In this document: positions 48,701-56,003 of the stretch, one piece after another | Layout of the letters: each line of letters begins with the position of its first letter | Position numbering within the stretch: the stretch's first letter is position 1 | DNA from: a virus | IMG/VR virus record: IMGVR_UViG_3300021181_000009 | Location: 7,175-71,174 of that record | Length of the DNA: 64,000 nt | Direction: 5' to 3' (one strand) | Translations under genes and position numbers: made by a program | The notes under the pieces: generated by a model | The model's database searches: none | The model's input: only the letters and a program-made list of their open reading frames with translations | Told to the model about the DNA's origin: nothing

Positions 48701-50017
48701 TCCGAAAATAATTTTCAATCCGTTTGTAAACTGGACTCCGTCTGGACTTGTGTATGTTGTTCTGCCTAGAATTTCAGTAGTTACATCAATTACTGATGAA
48801 GTGGGAGTATTAACAATATTAATTACCCCAAATTGGTTAGCATTATTAGTAGTTTGATAATACAAAGTCTGAAGATTCGCTGTGATAACTGGAATCAATT
48901 CAAACGAATTGTCATAGTTAGTGCTTCTAGCAAATTCTCTGTTAGCATATGCATCACCTTCAAGTACATGAACTTTTTGACCGACTGGCACAGAACTTAG
49001 TGGTGAAAGTCTAATATAATTATTTGTATCTATAGTCAACAACCATGTGCCGAATCGCTCAGTCATAGGCACTACCGTATGCGTTTGACTAGAAGTCCAA
49101 TCAGAATTAGAATTTGATTGGTTAGAGAAAATAATGATCTTATTGTTGATATAACGAAGCCCGTCAATTCCATCATAATTAGAAATGATACCATTTAATG
49201 GCATATCAGCAATTTGCGCATATGTCAAATCAGAAGCAATGTTAATAGTTGCAGCAAGAGGCATGTTTATGTAACCATCTTGAGCATCTGATTGTGGGAC
49301 AGTAAAAGTTACAGTTTGAAGTGACGACGCTCCATTGTTACTTACGCCGTCAATTTGCCTAGTAGGAACAGTGGTTAGCACAGTGTTAAAACCACTAAGC
49401 CCCGGTTGTGTCTGAATCCAGAAATTTTCAACATTTGTGTTTAACACAAAAGAGTACGTACCTCCTCTAGAAAGATTCAGAGTAGGATTTGCGTCATTTC
49501 CAGCTTGATCAAATTGTACGTAATTTGCTTGATTGTTAGATGAAACTAAAAATGTTTCATTTAACGGAATGGTTACTGTACTAACATTAACAACTGGTGG
49601 ACCTTCTGGGACCCAATAATATTGGAAAAAGTTTATAAATTTATCTTCGTCAATCAATGGATTGAAGTTGTAATATTCATTTTCAAAAAGTCTAGAGTGA
49701 TTATTTACAGGAACATTGTAATTAGCTAATTTGTTAATCAAATCTGGATATGTTGTAACTGAGGATACTAAGCCTGTAGTGCTATCTGTAATTACAAGAC
49801 TAGGCTCTAATTGATAATTTGCTCTGTCAGTAGTCGTTTCGACAATATACCCGTCACCTTGCTTCCAGGTAGGCGTAAAAGTTCTACCCACAAAAGCACT
49901 AATTTTTTGTAATTGAGGTTCCGTAGTTAATTTGTCTAGGGTGGAACCTAGAACTTTTCTATTTGTATCAGTACGGAAAATCGAAGGGAGGTAGTCTAAA
50001 CTGCGTAAAGTAGCCAT
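36740..50017 (-). CDS. Giant 4425-aa baseplate/tail-associated structural protein
   Basis: Follows the gp6-like gene. FG-GAP-like repeats (FG.AIA......VGAP), a GGGGTGATA.A repeat pair, G.G.T..F beta repeats. T/S/N-rich. Confidence 0.75.
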   Translation of the reverse strand: MATLRSLDYLPSIFRTDTNRKVLGSTLDKLTTEPQLQKISAFVGRTFTPTWKQGDGYIVETTTDRANYQLEPSLVITDSTTGLVSSVTTYPDLINKLANYNVPVNNHSRLFENEYYNFNPLIDEDKFINFFQYYWVPEGPPVVNVSTVTIPLNETFLVSSNNQANYVQFDQAGNDANPTLNLSRGGTYSFVLNTNVENFWIQTQPGLSGFNTVLTTVPTRQIDGVSNNGASSLQTVTFTVPQSDAQDGYINMPLAATINIASDLTYAQIADMPLNGIISNYDGIDGLRYINNKIIIFSNQSNSNSDWTSSQTHTVVPMTERFGTWLLTIDTNNYIRLSPLSSVPVGQKVHVLEGDAYANREFARSTNYDNSFELIPVITANLQTLYYQTTNNANQFGVINIVNTPTSSVIDVTTEILGRTTYTSPDGVQFTNGLKIIFGDDVTPSNYQFNAYYVEGVGQSIELVQVNTLVTPEPYANTAIGLTEPDYLTMQRSSEDRNPWARSNRWFHIDVLQSAANYNSTSLVLDPTKRAIRPIIEFEKNYQLINTGASFFDVVNLIDFSVTDPFSQVEGKQGFYVDQVKLTNGVKVIFAGATNPTVRQTVYEAQLITVTAGANPQLNLTPLEVAQENQNIIISEGTKYTGVSMNFNGNDWVTNQEKFSVNQPILFDMFDTAGNSFTEQTLYPGTTFIGTKIFGYTIGTGSPDSVLGFPITYRTFNNVGDIQFTNFFDTDVFSYLSNGLTVTKNINIGFLHKTDSSAALGYDLRNVWSTASEESKQYQHFTYTYTSGATQFLIDVTPETSTLVENILLYVNDLYVENDLYAIEQLDIGLYVVMNVTLNPGDKVDIFIYSQESTSIGYYEIPDNLEDNAQNATIDTVTLGQYRSHISEQFISATQSLGIIPGLAVANYLPAIVDTSDTTQITADTAGVTADNVSQFASQKTNVFAFSENTQNQILTSDTTLFDADTTLYSGDNVSSPNLTYGGTGVETQNLRDFPNIYKYKGKIIQNSAGLQYAELFLLNNNYNFINAIRQARYEYNTFKTKFLQAAITISDIDQLATPAAVDAIMKYINANKDISFPYYYSDMIPYGSTGVTTTYNVANPTQLNYNISAIFDPTELSNRAVLVYHNGVQLTRGLNYQFSTTNAVIEFINTTFAAGDVISIVDYSSTDGSLVPETPTKLGLYPAFIPQIVLDNTYQTPMDVIIGHDGSYTPAFGDFRDDLLLELELRIYNNIKTTYTDKLDVNSIIPGKFRTTDYSISEINQILSGEFLTWAGINKVDYSDNNWFQSNNAFTWNYSSFEDKDNQQLHGYWRGIYEYFYDTTHPDTRPWEMLGFSQIPDWWISQYGPAPYTKGNTLLWQDLEAGYVGGGNNIGINPLYARPGLSNYIPVDLAGNLLPPTQVVTKNFDSSLADANYEFGDVAPPEYAWRSSSEYPFSIQILEALAKPAKYFGLLIDNGYQKNASLNQFLFTDNERFKQTDTSFNGTTVNNLIVRQASYTNWVADYIRTQGINPSTTLLSDITAMTIQLAYKMGAFTDQNYLNVILEQNTPATTTQGILVPVDNYSVSLIKSAPVTTATYSAVIVELTSGGYSVRGYDATTPYFNIVPSVSSSNAVTISQAGATATIYQDYTPVLMSVAYGSTFTTKQQLVDFLVSYQRYLNAVGFNFSDRSSALNQQQDWYLSSNEFLAWSQQGWDVGAAIVLSPVANKLQLLSALSVADSLQDNAFGARILDLNFNVIDNTRYTVLRDSSATPNIFAVEVVDGTTIGLMTINLVQWEHVLVFDNITSFNDIIYQPATSDRQYRVKLNGYKTTAWNGSMSTPGFFINQNNVQTWDPNTTYNTNDLVSFKGVYYTAKQIVYPSSTFNFTVWQQIDSSVIKTGLIPNFANTAQQYQNFYNVDYVNFNDQADAHAKGLIGFRPRTYLTDLDVESSSQIKFYQGFIKQKGTTTAVDAFTRANFGNLSSNVELFEEWAIRVGSFGATETKLDVEVQLDSATFTGNPQIIEFNPTVIDTSNSVVPAVSYAPSQLYSAPLSWDSSPFITGPGIPIEQQLPTAGYVRPSDVDAVVFDITDIATIDNVIPNIGSGYTIWTAKDFTNDWNVYRVSETGVTCETVSNALDGLIQLSFAQYHQFTVGQIIALKNFSSAFDGFYQVLQVVDLQNILVAYSANLSGFVQATGTGLVFTLQSIRFTVASDMSTFTPINAWLDGDMTWIDNYQDLGEWAVLQKNSPFDFTNYLSRFTTNIGANFGTAIAASSSNSFVLVGAPGLGFNANGGTLSLFVKSSNGTLVPAQELEITSTQIANLGQTAINTPIGWIASAPGSRSGTGYVYTGIIKNAGFVITQTIVAPDFGVLSNFGGSLCATADGSYLFISAPKVNEVYAYGLVQGAAYNQITLTADSVTATFALGFTPLSINSLNVLDNSGLIAYVPNIDYTISGSNIVFNVAPTTNVIVTQPTQFYNYISTITASDSALNDEFGFDITCNAAGNRLYVSAPNNVGNANEFKAGAVYCFARSGQQFVMDGATTVVVPTLPISNNVTVTIDGVYQPSNIFNPNTYNVIINTSNNTIVFLNAPAAGSIVKVVYGNFNQIQKLGGNTTQQTVNFGQSIAYDDLSGNLLVGAPNETDESIYYSGAVYRFIDAGSSTGTLTSVINPTLIAGDVIAINSFYVTVTNATLNGFASNINAAKITGITASVLNNALVITSSSSATANRLAISPVLGNTYKNLGFVPIQQTQQIINPIATSNARFGYAVAIQDGGTEMMVGSPFASTYEDTTFDSASTTFDRTTTHFVDAIPSGSVFVFELQPDIDGSNLGQYVEVQQLVSGKQVSGDLFGTAIDSSGTDIFVGSPNAFDRNPQAGTVQQYVNSSGTLGWEILRTQSSPIIPNPVNKMFVYSKQTNTILQNIETVDPLFGMIPGEAKQNIDFFTSVDPAVYEVVQNAESGLILNPLAPWGKDQIGLVWWNLDTVRFVDYKQGDLAYRAANWASLMPGSSVDVYEWVSTIYLPSQYVTQVGDGVPKHADDSVYCSQITYDSITGNQVITYYYWIKNKTSINVTSPKTLPVNSVAQIISNPQAQGIEFAAILDTNALALYNVISNVSSNDTILHINYNNSVSDNLIHNEYQLVQNGNVNSKIPPQIISKLTDSLVGVDKLGNTVPDSSLPVSEQYGTALRPIQSMVIDRLTGLEVLIQYVNSVCSVNQIAFSKDLSVIQQFDPIPPAISNNGTINYNQTVANYETLTFLPVAALAPGYKVLVANDFNFNGFWAIYSKTQSNVWVAIQMQSYDTRQYWQYVTWYSPEYNPAYTPDFVVDTLVDIAFLTNVQPGNIIKINDNGSGDSEIVLFNSIGNYTTLALDNATIQFDSSLYDFVDNQLGWDNQRFDVQPFDKFPVQETRNIINCIFNNIFIDDLAINANSLFFRMINYILSEQKWVDWIFKTSFVSVLHQIRELSQVPSYQIDNQTYFQDYLNEVLPYHTIIRDYVLDYTWQDTYLGDVTDFDLPPYFDSSLGYYRSPNGTQPNDQFLLDTQPQYEMWNNYHLSNNLISIELSNGGSGFISTPTVYVTGGGGTGATAIAIMNGSTVASIEILSEGVNYVTAPIVTISGGGGIGATAVAIIGNNLIRSFDLTMKFDRISYNTNVVPWTPNTTFTTNQIVTYNGLSYGINVNFTGSVDDILVSDDTTLISVDETAGIFVSGSTFDTTNLFLMSDSDYTNANDRIAALYDPSSGMPGDFLNQVQSGIDYSGVKMTGLTFEQTPVWDVGGFDTEPFDATQIGPEGFPIPSDSLYDVEVSSLYTDLELGIRPADIIVDGGAYIDAFASYAPEELVPGSVFDTLDFKVVTNDPTINSTNPKGVPVELFSYPGTGFTQTYSYSATNLLGDNVLVFTKNGGMQIPNVNYTMSFNSKTITFKFPPASSDYVYLYVIDDAGGNQIFAESFILSGNTNLITLNAPYAEVMDSLVLFNGLTTNAYTLSLAPDGRNTLLTITAAALNGLNVHVHLYSTYLTRAEVHVQEVVIAGPITSSSYIINMDRTIFNAGPIGGAIIVNHNDNRLIPTNTAYYTGDGVTTVFASQGTQNINPATVQPGDFDVWINNVPYFSSSYTILPPSGTIPRQIQFNTAPPVGAQISVGVNTGAQYVMTGGSPIGNNQFTINSSEVTLLPGDIISIISVQCDDLESIRTQVYQGGQIIGASTLNGFSAAPYDTAGFDAPSTIELIVPNYTLSRPAANLNYLIITFNGRRLIPYNDFSLLTPTVVTLSSTLNVQQSDIVVITSLTEVVQQSAIGFRMFKDMRDNWSYLRLSQANTTTLVQALHITDTEIFVKDVSTLGIPNPEQVIPGVIFIGGERITYWQIDTVNNALLQIRRGTAGTGATQATIPVGTLVEDASMGQEIPNAAGMTWYTLGATTPSNGQSLVNDDTIQAIFLKEQPTFYIG

Positions 50018-50045
50018 AGGTTTATCATTTTATATCTGTTAAAGA

Positions 50046-50051
50046 TATTTA
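50046..50051 (-). promoter_or_regulatory. TAAATA late-promoter core for the 4425-aa gene
   Basis: Lies immediately after the terminator, in the intergenic gap. Confidence 0.55.
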
Positions 50052-50056
50052 TGCCA

Positions 50057-50088
50057 TAAAAAAGCCCACTTTTTGAATCTGCGGGCTT
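50057..50088 (-). terminator. Rho-independent terminator after the gp6-like gene
   Basis: Minus strand reads AAGCCCGC-agattcaaaaa-GTGGGCTT followed by TTTT. The G-U pair works only on this strand. Confidence 0.7.
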
Positions 50089-50110
50089 CTTTTATTTTAC
50101 GAAATTTATT

Positions 50111-53100
50111 TCAACTAAAAATTACATTGCTTGCTTTAATTTGCGATGCAGTAATAGAGGATATGATTTGAACATTATCCACAGTTGCAGCAGAAATCAA
50201 AATCTCATTGAAATTTGCATTTACTTGCATGAGACTACCGAAAGATTGATTATTTGCTGCTGGCACTAGTAATACTGAACTAATTTCTGATGCCAATTGC
50301 GTATGTAGATATGCAGCCAAATCTGAATAGTAAAATGTTTCTCCGAAATCCCAATTGCTAATAGAGAAATAATTGTTAATTGCACCTATAATGCCAGTCT
50401 GGACTTCATTGGGAGTAGCATTCGTAGATGGATTCATTACTACTAAGAAATTAGCTTGTAATGATGGGTCTGCTTTCGAACCAAATAGAGGTTTATATAC
50501 GGCGCTATTGAAAATCAATTCATCACTTATCATTTTGTAATTGTTTAGTGAATTATATGCATCAAACAATTCATCTGTTGTTGGCGCGCTGGGTTCTACA
50601 ACAGTTCCTGTAGTATCTTGAATCCAATTTCTATAAGATGTGTCATACGCTTGCGTCAGTAAGTAGATATCGATCAAATTCATCGGGCTAGGATCAATTC
50701 TTCTACTACCGATAGCATTGTGCTTATATTGAAAATATAGCCCATATCGACCTGTCCTGGTGATGTAATTTGTAACTACACTCAAAGTTGTTGCAGTATA
50801 CAGTCCAGTAACTGGATTGATTGTATTTGCAGATTGATAGAATACGCCTTCGCTCGTAGCATAGAATGTTGTGCCAATTGTAAACGTGTTAACTGCTGAT
50901 TTAATTTGCGCTTGAGTCGCATATGCATTAATAATTATGCCAGGAGCAACTGGTGTGTATTTGATATACCCACCATACGTAGTTGATTGCTCAAAAAATA
51001 CAATCTTATTAGTTACATTTACGGTTGGATTTACTATGTCGATGAAAAAATCTGGATTGTCTGGTGCTCCGTTTCCATTGATACTACTGAATGTTACTTT
51101 AACTCTATTAGGGTCTACATAACCATCGCTTGCAGTAATTGAATCTAATACTGAACATGAAATGTCATTCAGAAATCCGATGGATGTGTCAGGTTGCGCA
51201 TTAATTTTCAACACATTAATCGTATCTGCAACTACTTGACCTGTAGATGAATCATATACTTTGGCTAGAGGATCAAAATAGAACGTTGTCTCACCCACAC
51301 TCTCAAAGATATATGCAAGACCTCTATAAAATGCATTGTATCCAATGGAAGTTGGTTGGAACCAGACCAACCAACTATTATCTAAGTTTTGATTTGATGT
51401 ATCGCCGGCGAATTGTAATGAGAATGGTGTTGTTGTATTCAAATTTTGAGAATTAATAATCACTAACGAACTTGTTGGTACATCATATCTAACACCAAAT
51501 GTCACATTAGTAACAAAGTTAGTCAACATAGTTTGACTAAGCGATGAAGAAACTTGAAATTGATATTGAGGAATTATCGATGTTACTACGGCATTGCCTG
51601 GCAGGATACCATCAATTACAACAGGACCATAACCTGTAGACAATATCCCTGTCCCATTCGCAGTGCCATCACCAACTACTGCTCCTATTTGAAAATATAA
51701 TACTGTAGAATCACCTGGATTGACTGGCGATCCCGCCATCAATAATCCGATCGTTGAGAAATAGAATCCTGCAGGTGCAGTAAATTCAATCAGTGCACCT
51801 TGAGTTATATACTTATTGTTTGTTTGTGAAAAACTACCTAGTTCAACAATTTTTCCAGTGGAATCTGTGAAATATCCTGTCGCATTGCTTGTAGTTGCAG
51901 TAACTTGATTCCAAGTCAATGCAGAAGTAAATCTAGGGAAGTTTGCATAGAAGAATTGTAGCATTTCTGGACCTTCTAATGCTTCTTGAATTTCTCCCGT
52001 AATAACATTGTTGATATCATTATTATTAGTAAAGCTAAACGTAAAAGATTGATCATCTTCTTCTTCGTAAATGATCCCGTCATCACAAAATATATTCGTG
52101 CTACTGTATGTTCCAGTTACGTCTATAACATCAATAAATCTACTGATACCACTAGATACTCGATTTACTGCTTTTGCTTTTACAATCGTGCTGAAGGATG
52201 TATATGGAAAGATATTATAATCTTCACCATTCACCATTCTATTCTGTGTATAGTATTGCTGTGGTGCTTTTAATTTAATGTCTGCTAACGATTCTCTGCT
52301 AGTTGCTGTTGCAACAGTATATTGCAAACTTGCTGTAACTGTCATTGTTTCAATTCTGCCTAGTCTACTAATGTAATTGACGGGCACAACAATTCGTTGC
52401 ATCTCTGTAGGGCTAATAACATAAGTCAATCCATTGCTGATACGATAGTAGACTCTGAATGTTCCTTGAGGGATATTTGCAAATACACCATCACCAAATA
52501 CTAAATCAACTTGATCATTTGCTCTAGAAACAACTTGATATATATTCCTGTCTGTAGCCGAAATACTATTGAACGCGATGTTGACCCCTGATATAGCAGG
52601 GACTTGTTCCCAAAGTGTTGTCGGATTATTATTTGCGTCAAGTTGATACAACCAAATGTCTGTGTTATTAATGTTATCAAAATTTACACTAATTACTCGA
52701 TTAGTTAGAACTTCAGTGATATTAAAATCTTGATATGCAAGCGTCCCTTGTGTGAATCGAACGAAGAAACCGGTATTAGGGCTCGTATTTCCTGCATTGT
52801 CATTTTGATAGAATAATGAAAATGGTGCGCCAGGTGTAGGATCTACTTCTGCAATAGTTCCATCATTGATATTAGTGCCAGTCACTTCAAATGAGGTGTT
52901 AGTCCCATTAACTTTATTTTGGAACGAGAACACTGGCAATACATTTGATAGTGAATTCACTTGATATACATTTGTAGTGATGTTATTCACTAAATTAGTT
53001 GCAGACGGTGTGCCGACTTTTTGCGCAGGCGAAAACGCAGCGTTAAGTATCGAATTAAATTGCTCTTGCCAATTGAGATTTGATGGATCATTCCAATTTA

Positions 53101-53512
53101 TTGAAATATTTGCAATATTGTTTCCTAGACTGTCTATTACACTTTCTGTTGTTGACAGAGAAACTAGTTTCATTTGACCGTTTGCAGGAATGTTTCTGCT
53201 TGGATTATAACTAACAAGTCGTGCCAACTTTAAAATACTGTCTCTGCGTTCAGCAGTGTCAATAAAGTTTTCTCGTGAATTCAAGTCACCGCGGAACGCT
53301 AGATTCTGACCGAAGAATGCAATCAATTCAATTAATGCAATATATTCACTACTGTCAATAAAATCGTTGAAATTTTCTGCGTAGTTTAAACGCAAATAAT
53401 CGATCATAGCCTTTCTAATAGTCTGAAAGTCATATGATTGAAAATTTGCCTGACTAAAGGCTTGATATATTTTTGTCCAGTCGTTGACTGCTTGTAGATT
53501 TTGTGAGGCCAT
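50111..53512 (-). CDS. gp6: Baseplate wedge subunit, T4 gp6-like, extended
   Basis: YDFQTIR..MIDYL...F.DF..SS, ENF.DTA..RDSILKLA....Y.P, FGDG.F..IP, RES..DIK..AP..Y..QNR.V..EDY. Confidence 0.82.
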   Translation of the reverse strand: MASQNLQAVNDWTKIYQAFSQANFQSYDFQTIRKAMIDYLRLNYAENFNDFIDSSEYIALIELIAFFGQNLAFRGDLNSRENFIDTAERRDSILKLARLVSYNPSRNIPANGQMKLVSLSTTESVIDSLGNNIANISINWNDPSNLNWQEQFNSILNAAFSPAQKVGTPSATNLVNNITTNVYQVNSLSNVLPVFSFQNKVNGTNTSFEVTGTNINDGTIAEVDPTPGAPFSLFYQNDNAGNTSPNTGFFVRFTQGTLAYQDFNITEVLTNRVISVNFDNINNTDIWLYQLDANNNPTTLWEQVPAISGVNIAFNSISATDRNIYQVVSRANDQVDLVFGDGVFANIPQGTFRVYYRISNGLTYVISPTEMQRIVVPVNYISRLGRIETMTVTASLQYTVATATSRESLADIKLKAPQQYYTQNRMVNGEDYNIFPYTSFSTIVKAKAVNRVSSGISRFIDVIDVTGTYSSTNIFCDDGIIYEEEDDQSFTFSFTNNNDINNVITGEIQEALEGPEMLQFFYANFPRFTSALTWNQVTATTSNATGYFTDSTGKIVELGSFSQTNNKYITQGALIEFTAPAGFYFSTIGLLMAGSPVNPGDSTVLYFQIGAVVGDGTANGTGILSTGYGPVVIDGILPGNAVVTSIIPQYQFQVSSSLSQTMLTNFVTNVTFGVRYDVPTSSLVIINSQNLNTTTPFSLQFAGDTSNQNLDNSWLVWFQPTSIGYNAFYRGLAYIFESVGETTFYFDPLAKVYDSSTGQVVADTINVLKINAQPDTSIGFLNDISCSVLDSITASDGYVDPNRVKVTFSSINGNGAPDNPDFFIDIVNPTVNVTNKIVFFEQSTTYGGYIKYTPVAPGIIINAYATQAQIKSAVNTFTIGTTFYATSEGVFYQSANTINPVTGLYTATTLSVVTNYITRTGRYGLYFQYKHNAIGSRRIDPSPMNLIDIYLLTQAYDTSYRNWIQDTTGTVVEPSAPTTDELFDAYNSLNNYKMISDELIFNSAVYKPLFGSKADPSLQANFLVVMNPSTNATPNEVQTGIIGAINNYFSISNWDFGETFYYSDLAAYLHTQLASEISSVLLVPAANNQSFGSLMQVNANFNEILISAATVDNVQIISSITASQIKASNVIFS

Positions 53513-53531
53513 GTTTAACCCGATAATAGAA

Positions 53532-53537
53532 TATTTA
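53532..53537 (-). promoter_or_regulatory. TAAATA late-promoter core for the gp6-like gene
   Basis: Intergenic gaTAAATA, 19 nt before the ATG. Confidence 0.55.
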
Positions 53538-53561
53538 TCTGATTTTTATGGCGAATTTTAG

Positions 53562-53948
53562 TTATGCTGCTGTTACTGTAGAGAAAAGTTGTTGATTTTC
53601 ATTATAAAAACTTAGCAACATATTTGCTGTTTGATTTGTGGGAATATAAGTCAATGTAATAGCCAATTGAATCCCTTTGTTGAACTGCGTAACAATAATA
53701 TTTGACAAAGATACACGAGGATCATTGCCTGCTATAGTCTGAATATCTTTTACCATCGCAGATTTCACATCTTCTGTAAAATTTTCAAACAATAGATTCC
53801 AAATGATAGTGCCATAATTAGGATTCATCAACTTCTCACCCTTTCGAATGTTAAAATTGTTGAGAATATCCCTGATAACTAAATCTATATCAGACAAAGT
53901 AAATTTCTTTGTCTGACCGATTGTTGAAAATCCAATGTAGGTTGACAT
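53562..53948 (-). CDS. gp25: Baseplate wedge subunit, gp25/GPW family
   Basis: D.DL...DI.N...IRKGE..MNP.YG......LFE...DPRV. Preceded by TAAATA-N5-ATG. Confidence 0.85.
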   Translation of the reverse strand: MSTYIGFSTIGQTKKFTLSDIDLVIRDILNNFNIRKGEKLMNPNYGTIIWNLLFENFTEDVKSAMVKDIQTIAGNDPRVSLSNIIVTQFNKGIQLAITLTYIPTNQTANMLLSFYNENQQLFSTVTAA

Positions 53949-53956
53949 ATTATTAT

Positions 53957-55993
53957 TTAGTTAGAACTCGTGCCAGTCGTTGAAGCTGAACCCAATACGT
54001 CAACACCGTAACGGCCTTGATTAAAATATTGCGAGCCGGTTGTGCCGAATGCATCTGACCCTGAACCAGTATTTCTCCATGTATTCGCTCCAGCAGCACC
54101 CAACAAGTGAGCAACTTGCATCATGCCGCCAACCGTGCCAGGATCGTCGCCTGGCTGGATAGCACCGTTCTGAACCATTGCATTGTAATTGCTTTGTGTA
54201 TAATTAGTCATAACATTTTCTTGAACTGTTGGATTGTTCAAAAAATCTTGTGCAGAATTGATACCATTTTGTCCAGTCCAAGCAGATGGATCATTGACTA
54301 CGGCATTTCCTTCAGCATTATATGACGCTGGCGAAATATAACCTTGACTTACTAATGCTGATGCTCCCATTTGATACTTTCCTAAATAATGTCCATTTGA
54401 ACCACCTTGAACACTATAGTTATCTCCACTTTCATTATATCCGACTTGGGCTAGATATGCTTGTGTCTGAGAAGTAGACAGTGTTCCGATTGATTTACTA
54501 GGTGTCGGCTGATTTTGTAATACTGATAATGGTGCACCCTTTTTAACACCTTTACCCGTCTGTGTTTTAGCAGCATCTTGTGATGGTGTTTGGCCGTTCT
54601 TAGTGGCAGGCACAGTTGATGTGAATCCTGAGGTGGGCGCCTGGCTATTTGGATCTACAGGCCTTTGCCATGGTTCATGCGTGGGGATTTTTTGAGATAC
54701 AGGATCACTTAATGATGGTGCTGATGGAACTGATGCTCCGCCACCATCATTCAATCCTATATGACTTGCATTGAAATTTAGTGTTCCGGGCGACGTCACA
54801 TTTGTCCCTGATCCACTAGACATATTGAGTTGTGCCCCTGCCTTAAATAGCAAGTTACTTCCAGTTGTAAAGTTTGTATCTGCTTTACTATTCGCGTATA
54901 AATTACTTCCTTGTAGCTGCAAATTACCTTTAGCATTTACTTGAAAGTTTCCACCTGCATCGATTCTAACATCCTTATCAAATTTCATATTTAAAGAACC
55001 ATTCGCATGCAGATTAAAATCTCCCTGCACGAACATATTAAAATCACCAGCATTAGTTAATTCAATCCAGACTGTTCCTTTAGCGTTAGCTATGTAGACT
55101 ACTCCTCCATTATCATGCATCAAAAATTGATGGCCTGAAGATGAACGCAATCTGAACAATTGATTCTCACCAAATACATCACCATCGTCCATAACAAATG
55201 TGTGCCCACCTTGACGTGCTGCAACATCAAAATCTGACTGTTGAAATGTTCCGTTTTGTAACTTTGCCGCAAATTCAGGATCTTGTGCTAAGTCAGGATC
55301 TCTCCGACCTGGAGAACTTATTCCAAAAACTGCTCCAGGAATATCTCGTTGACTACTGCTTGTAGTTGTACCACGTAAAGTATCTTTATCTAATCCTTGA
55401 GTCTGCAAAATTTGATATTGAACAGTATGCAGAGGGTGAGGATTATTTAAAAAATCAGTCTTAGTTGCTAATGCATCAATTTTATCATTAAATTCTACAA
55501 CAGGGGCGTCCGGAGCAGAGCTATCAGCTAAATTGGTGCTTGATGCAAGACCAGGTACCATATAATGATTTGTTCCGTCAGGTACACATGCAAACCAATA
55601 GCCACGATTCGGATCTCCATTAACAAACATAACTAAAACAGTTGTTCCAGGATCAGGCGGCACAAACCACATACCATAGCTCTGTTTAGTGTACCCAAAT
55701 TGATTTTGTTCTGTCTGTTGAGAATTTTTACCTGTATTAGGATTAACTACTCCATAAAAAGGTGTAGCGTAACTAACTGTTCTCCAGAATGTTGGATCTT
55801 CTGGATTTTGTGTAGCTGCGCTAGTATCATTAGCACCTAATTCAGGAATATAAACTTGCAAGCGACCATGCCGAGCCGGGTCTACTACGTTTTTAACAAT
55901 AGCTTCATATGGGCCTGCATCAATTCTAACACCTGGTGCAAGATTTCTGTCGTAAATATCATTTTGTTTACGACCAACTCTTTTATCTAACAT
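53957..55993 (-). CDS. gp5: Baseplate hub/spike, gp5/VgrG-like, with C-terminal lysozyme-like domain
   Basis: DP...GRLQV.IP and PD.GT.VLV.F.NGD...GYW OB-fold. GH.F.MDD and beta-helix repeats. C-terminal ESG.NY...GKYQMG...AHL.GA.G. Confidence 0.8.
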   Translation of the reverse strand: MLDKRVGRKQNDIYDRNLAPGVRIDAGPYEAIVKNVVDPARHGRLQVYIPELGANDTSAATQNPEDPTFWRTVSYATPFYGVVNPNTGKNSQQTEQNQFGYTKQSYGMWFVPPDPGTTVLVMFVNGDPNRGYWFACVPDGTNHYMVPGLASSTNLADSSAPDAPVVEFNDKIDALATKTDFLNNPHPLHTVQYQILQTQGLDKDTLRGTTTSSSQRDIPGAVFGISSPGRRDPDLAQDPEFAAKLQNGTFQQSDFDVAARQGGHTFVMDDGDVFGENQLFRLRSSSGHQFLMHDNGGVVYIANAKGTVWIELTNAGDFNMFVQGDFNLHANGSLNMKFDKDVRIDAGGNFQVNAKGNLQLQGSNLYANSKADTNFTTGSNLLFKAGAQLNMSSGSGTNVTSPGTLNFNASHIGLNDGGGASVPSAPSLSDPVSQKIPTHEPWQRPVDPNSQAPTSGFTSTVPATKNGQTPSQDAAKTQTGKGVKKGAPLSVLQNQPTPSKSIGTLSTSQTQAYLAQVGYNESGDNYSVQGGSNGHYLGKYQMGASALVSQGYISPASYNAEGNAVVNDPSAWTGQNGINSAQDFLNNPTVQENVMTNYTQSNYNAMVQNGAIQPGDDPGTVGGMMQVAHLLGAAGANTWRNTGSGSDAFGTTGSQYFNQGRYGVDVLGSASTTGTSSN

Positions 55994-56003
55994 TGTTTAA
56001 CCT

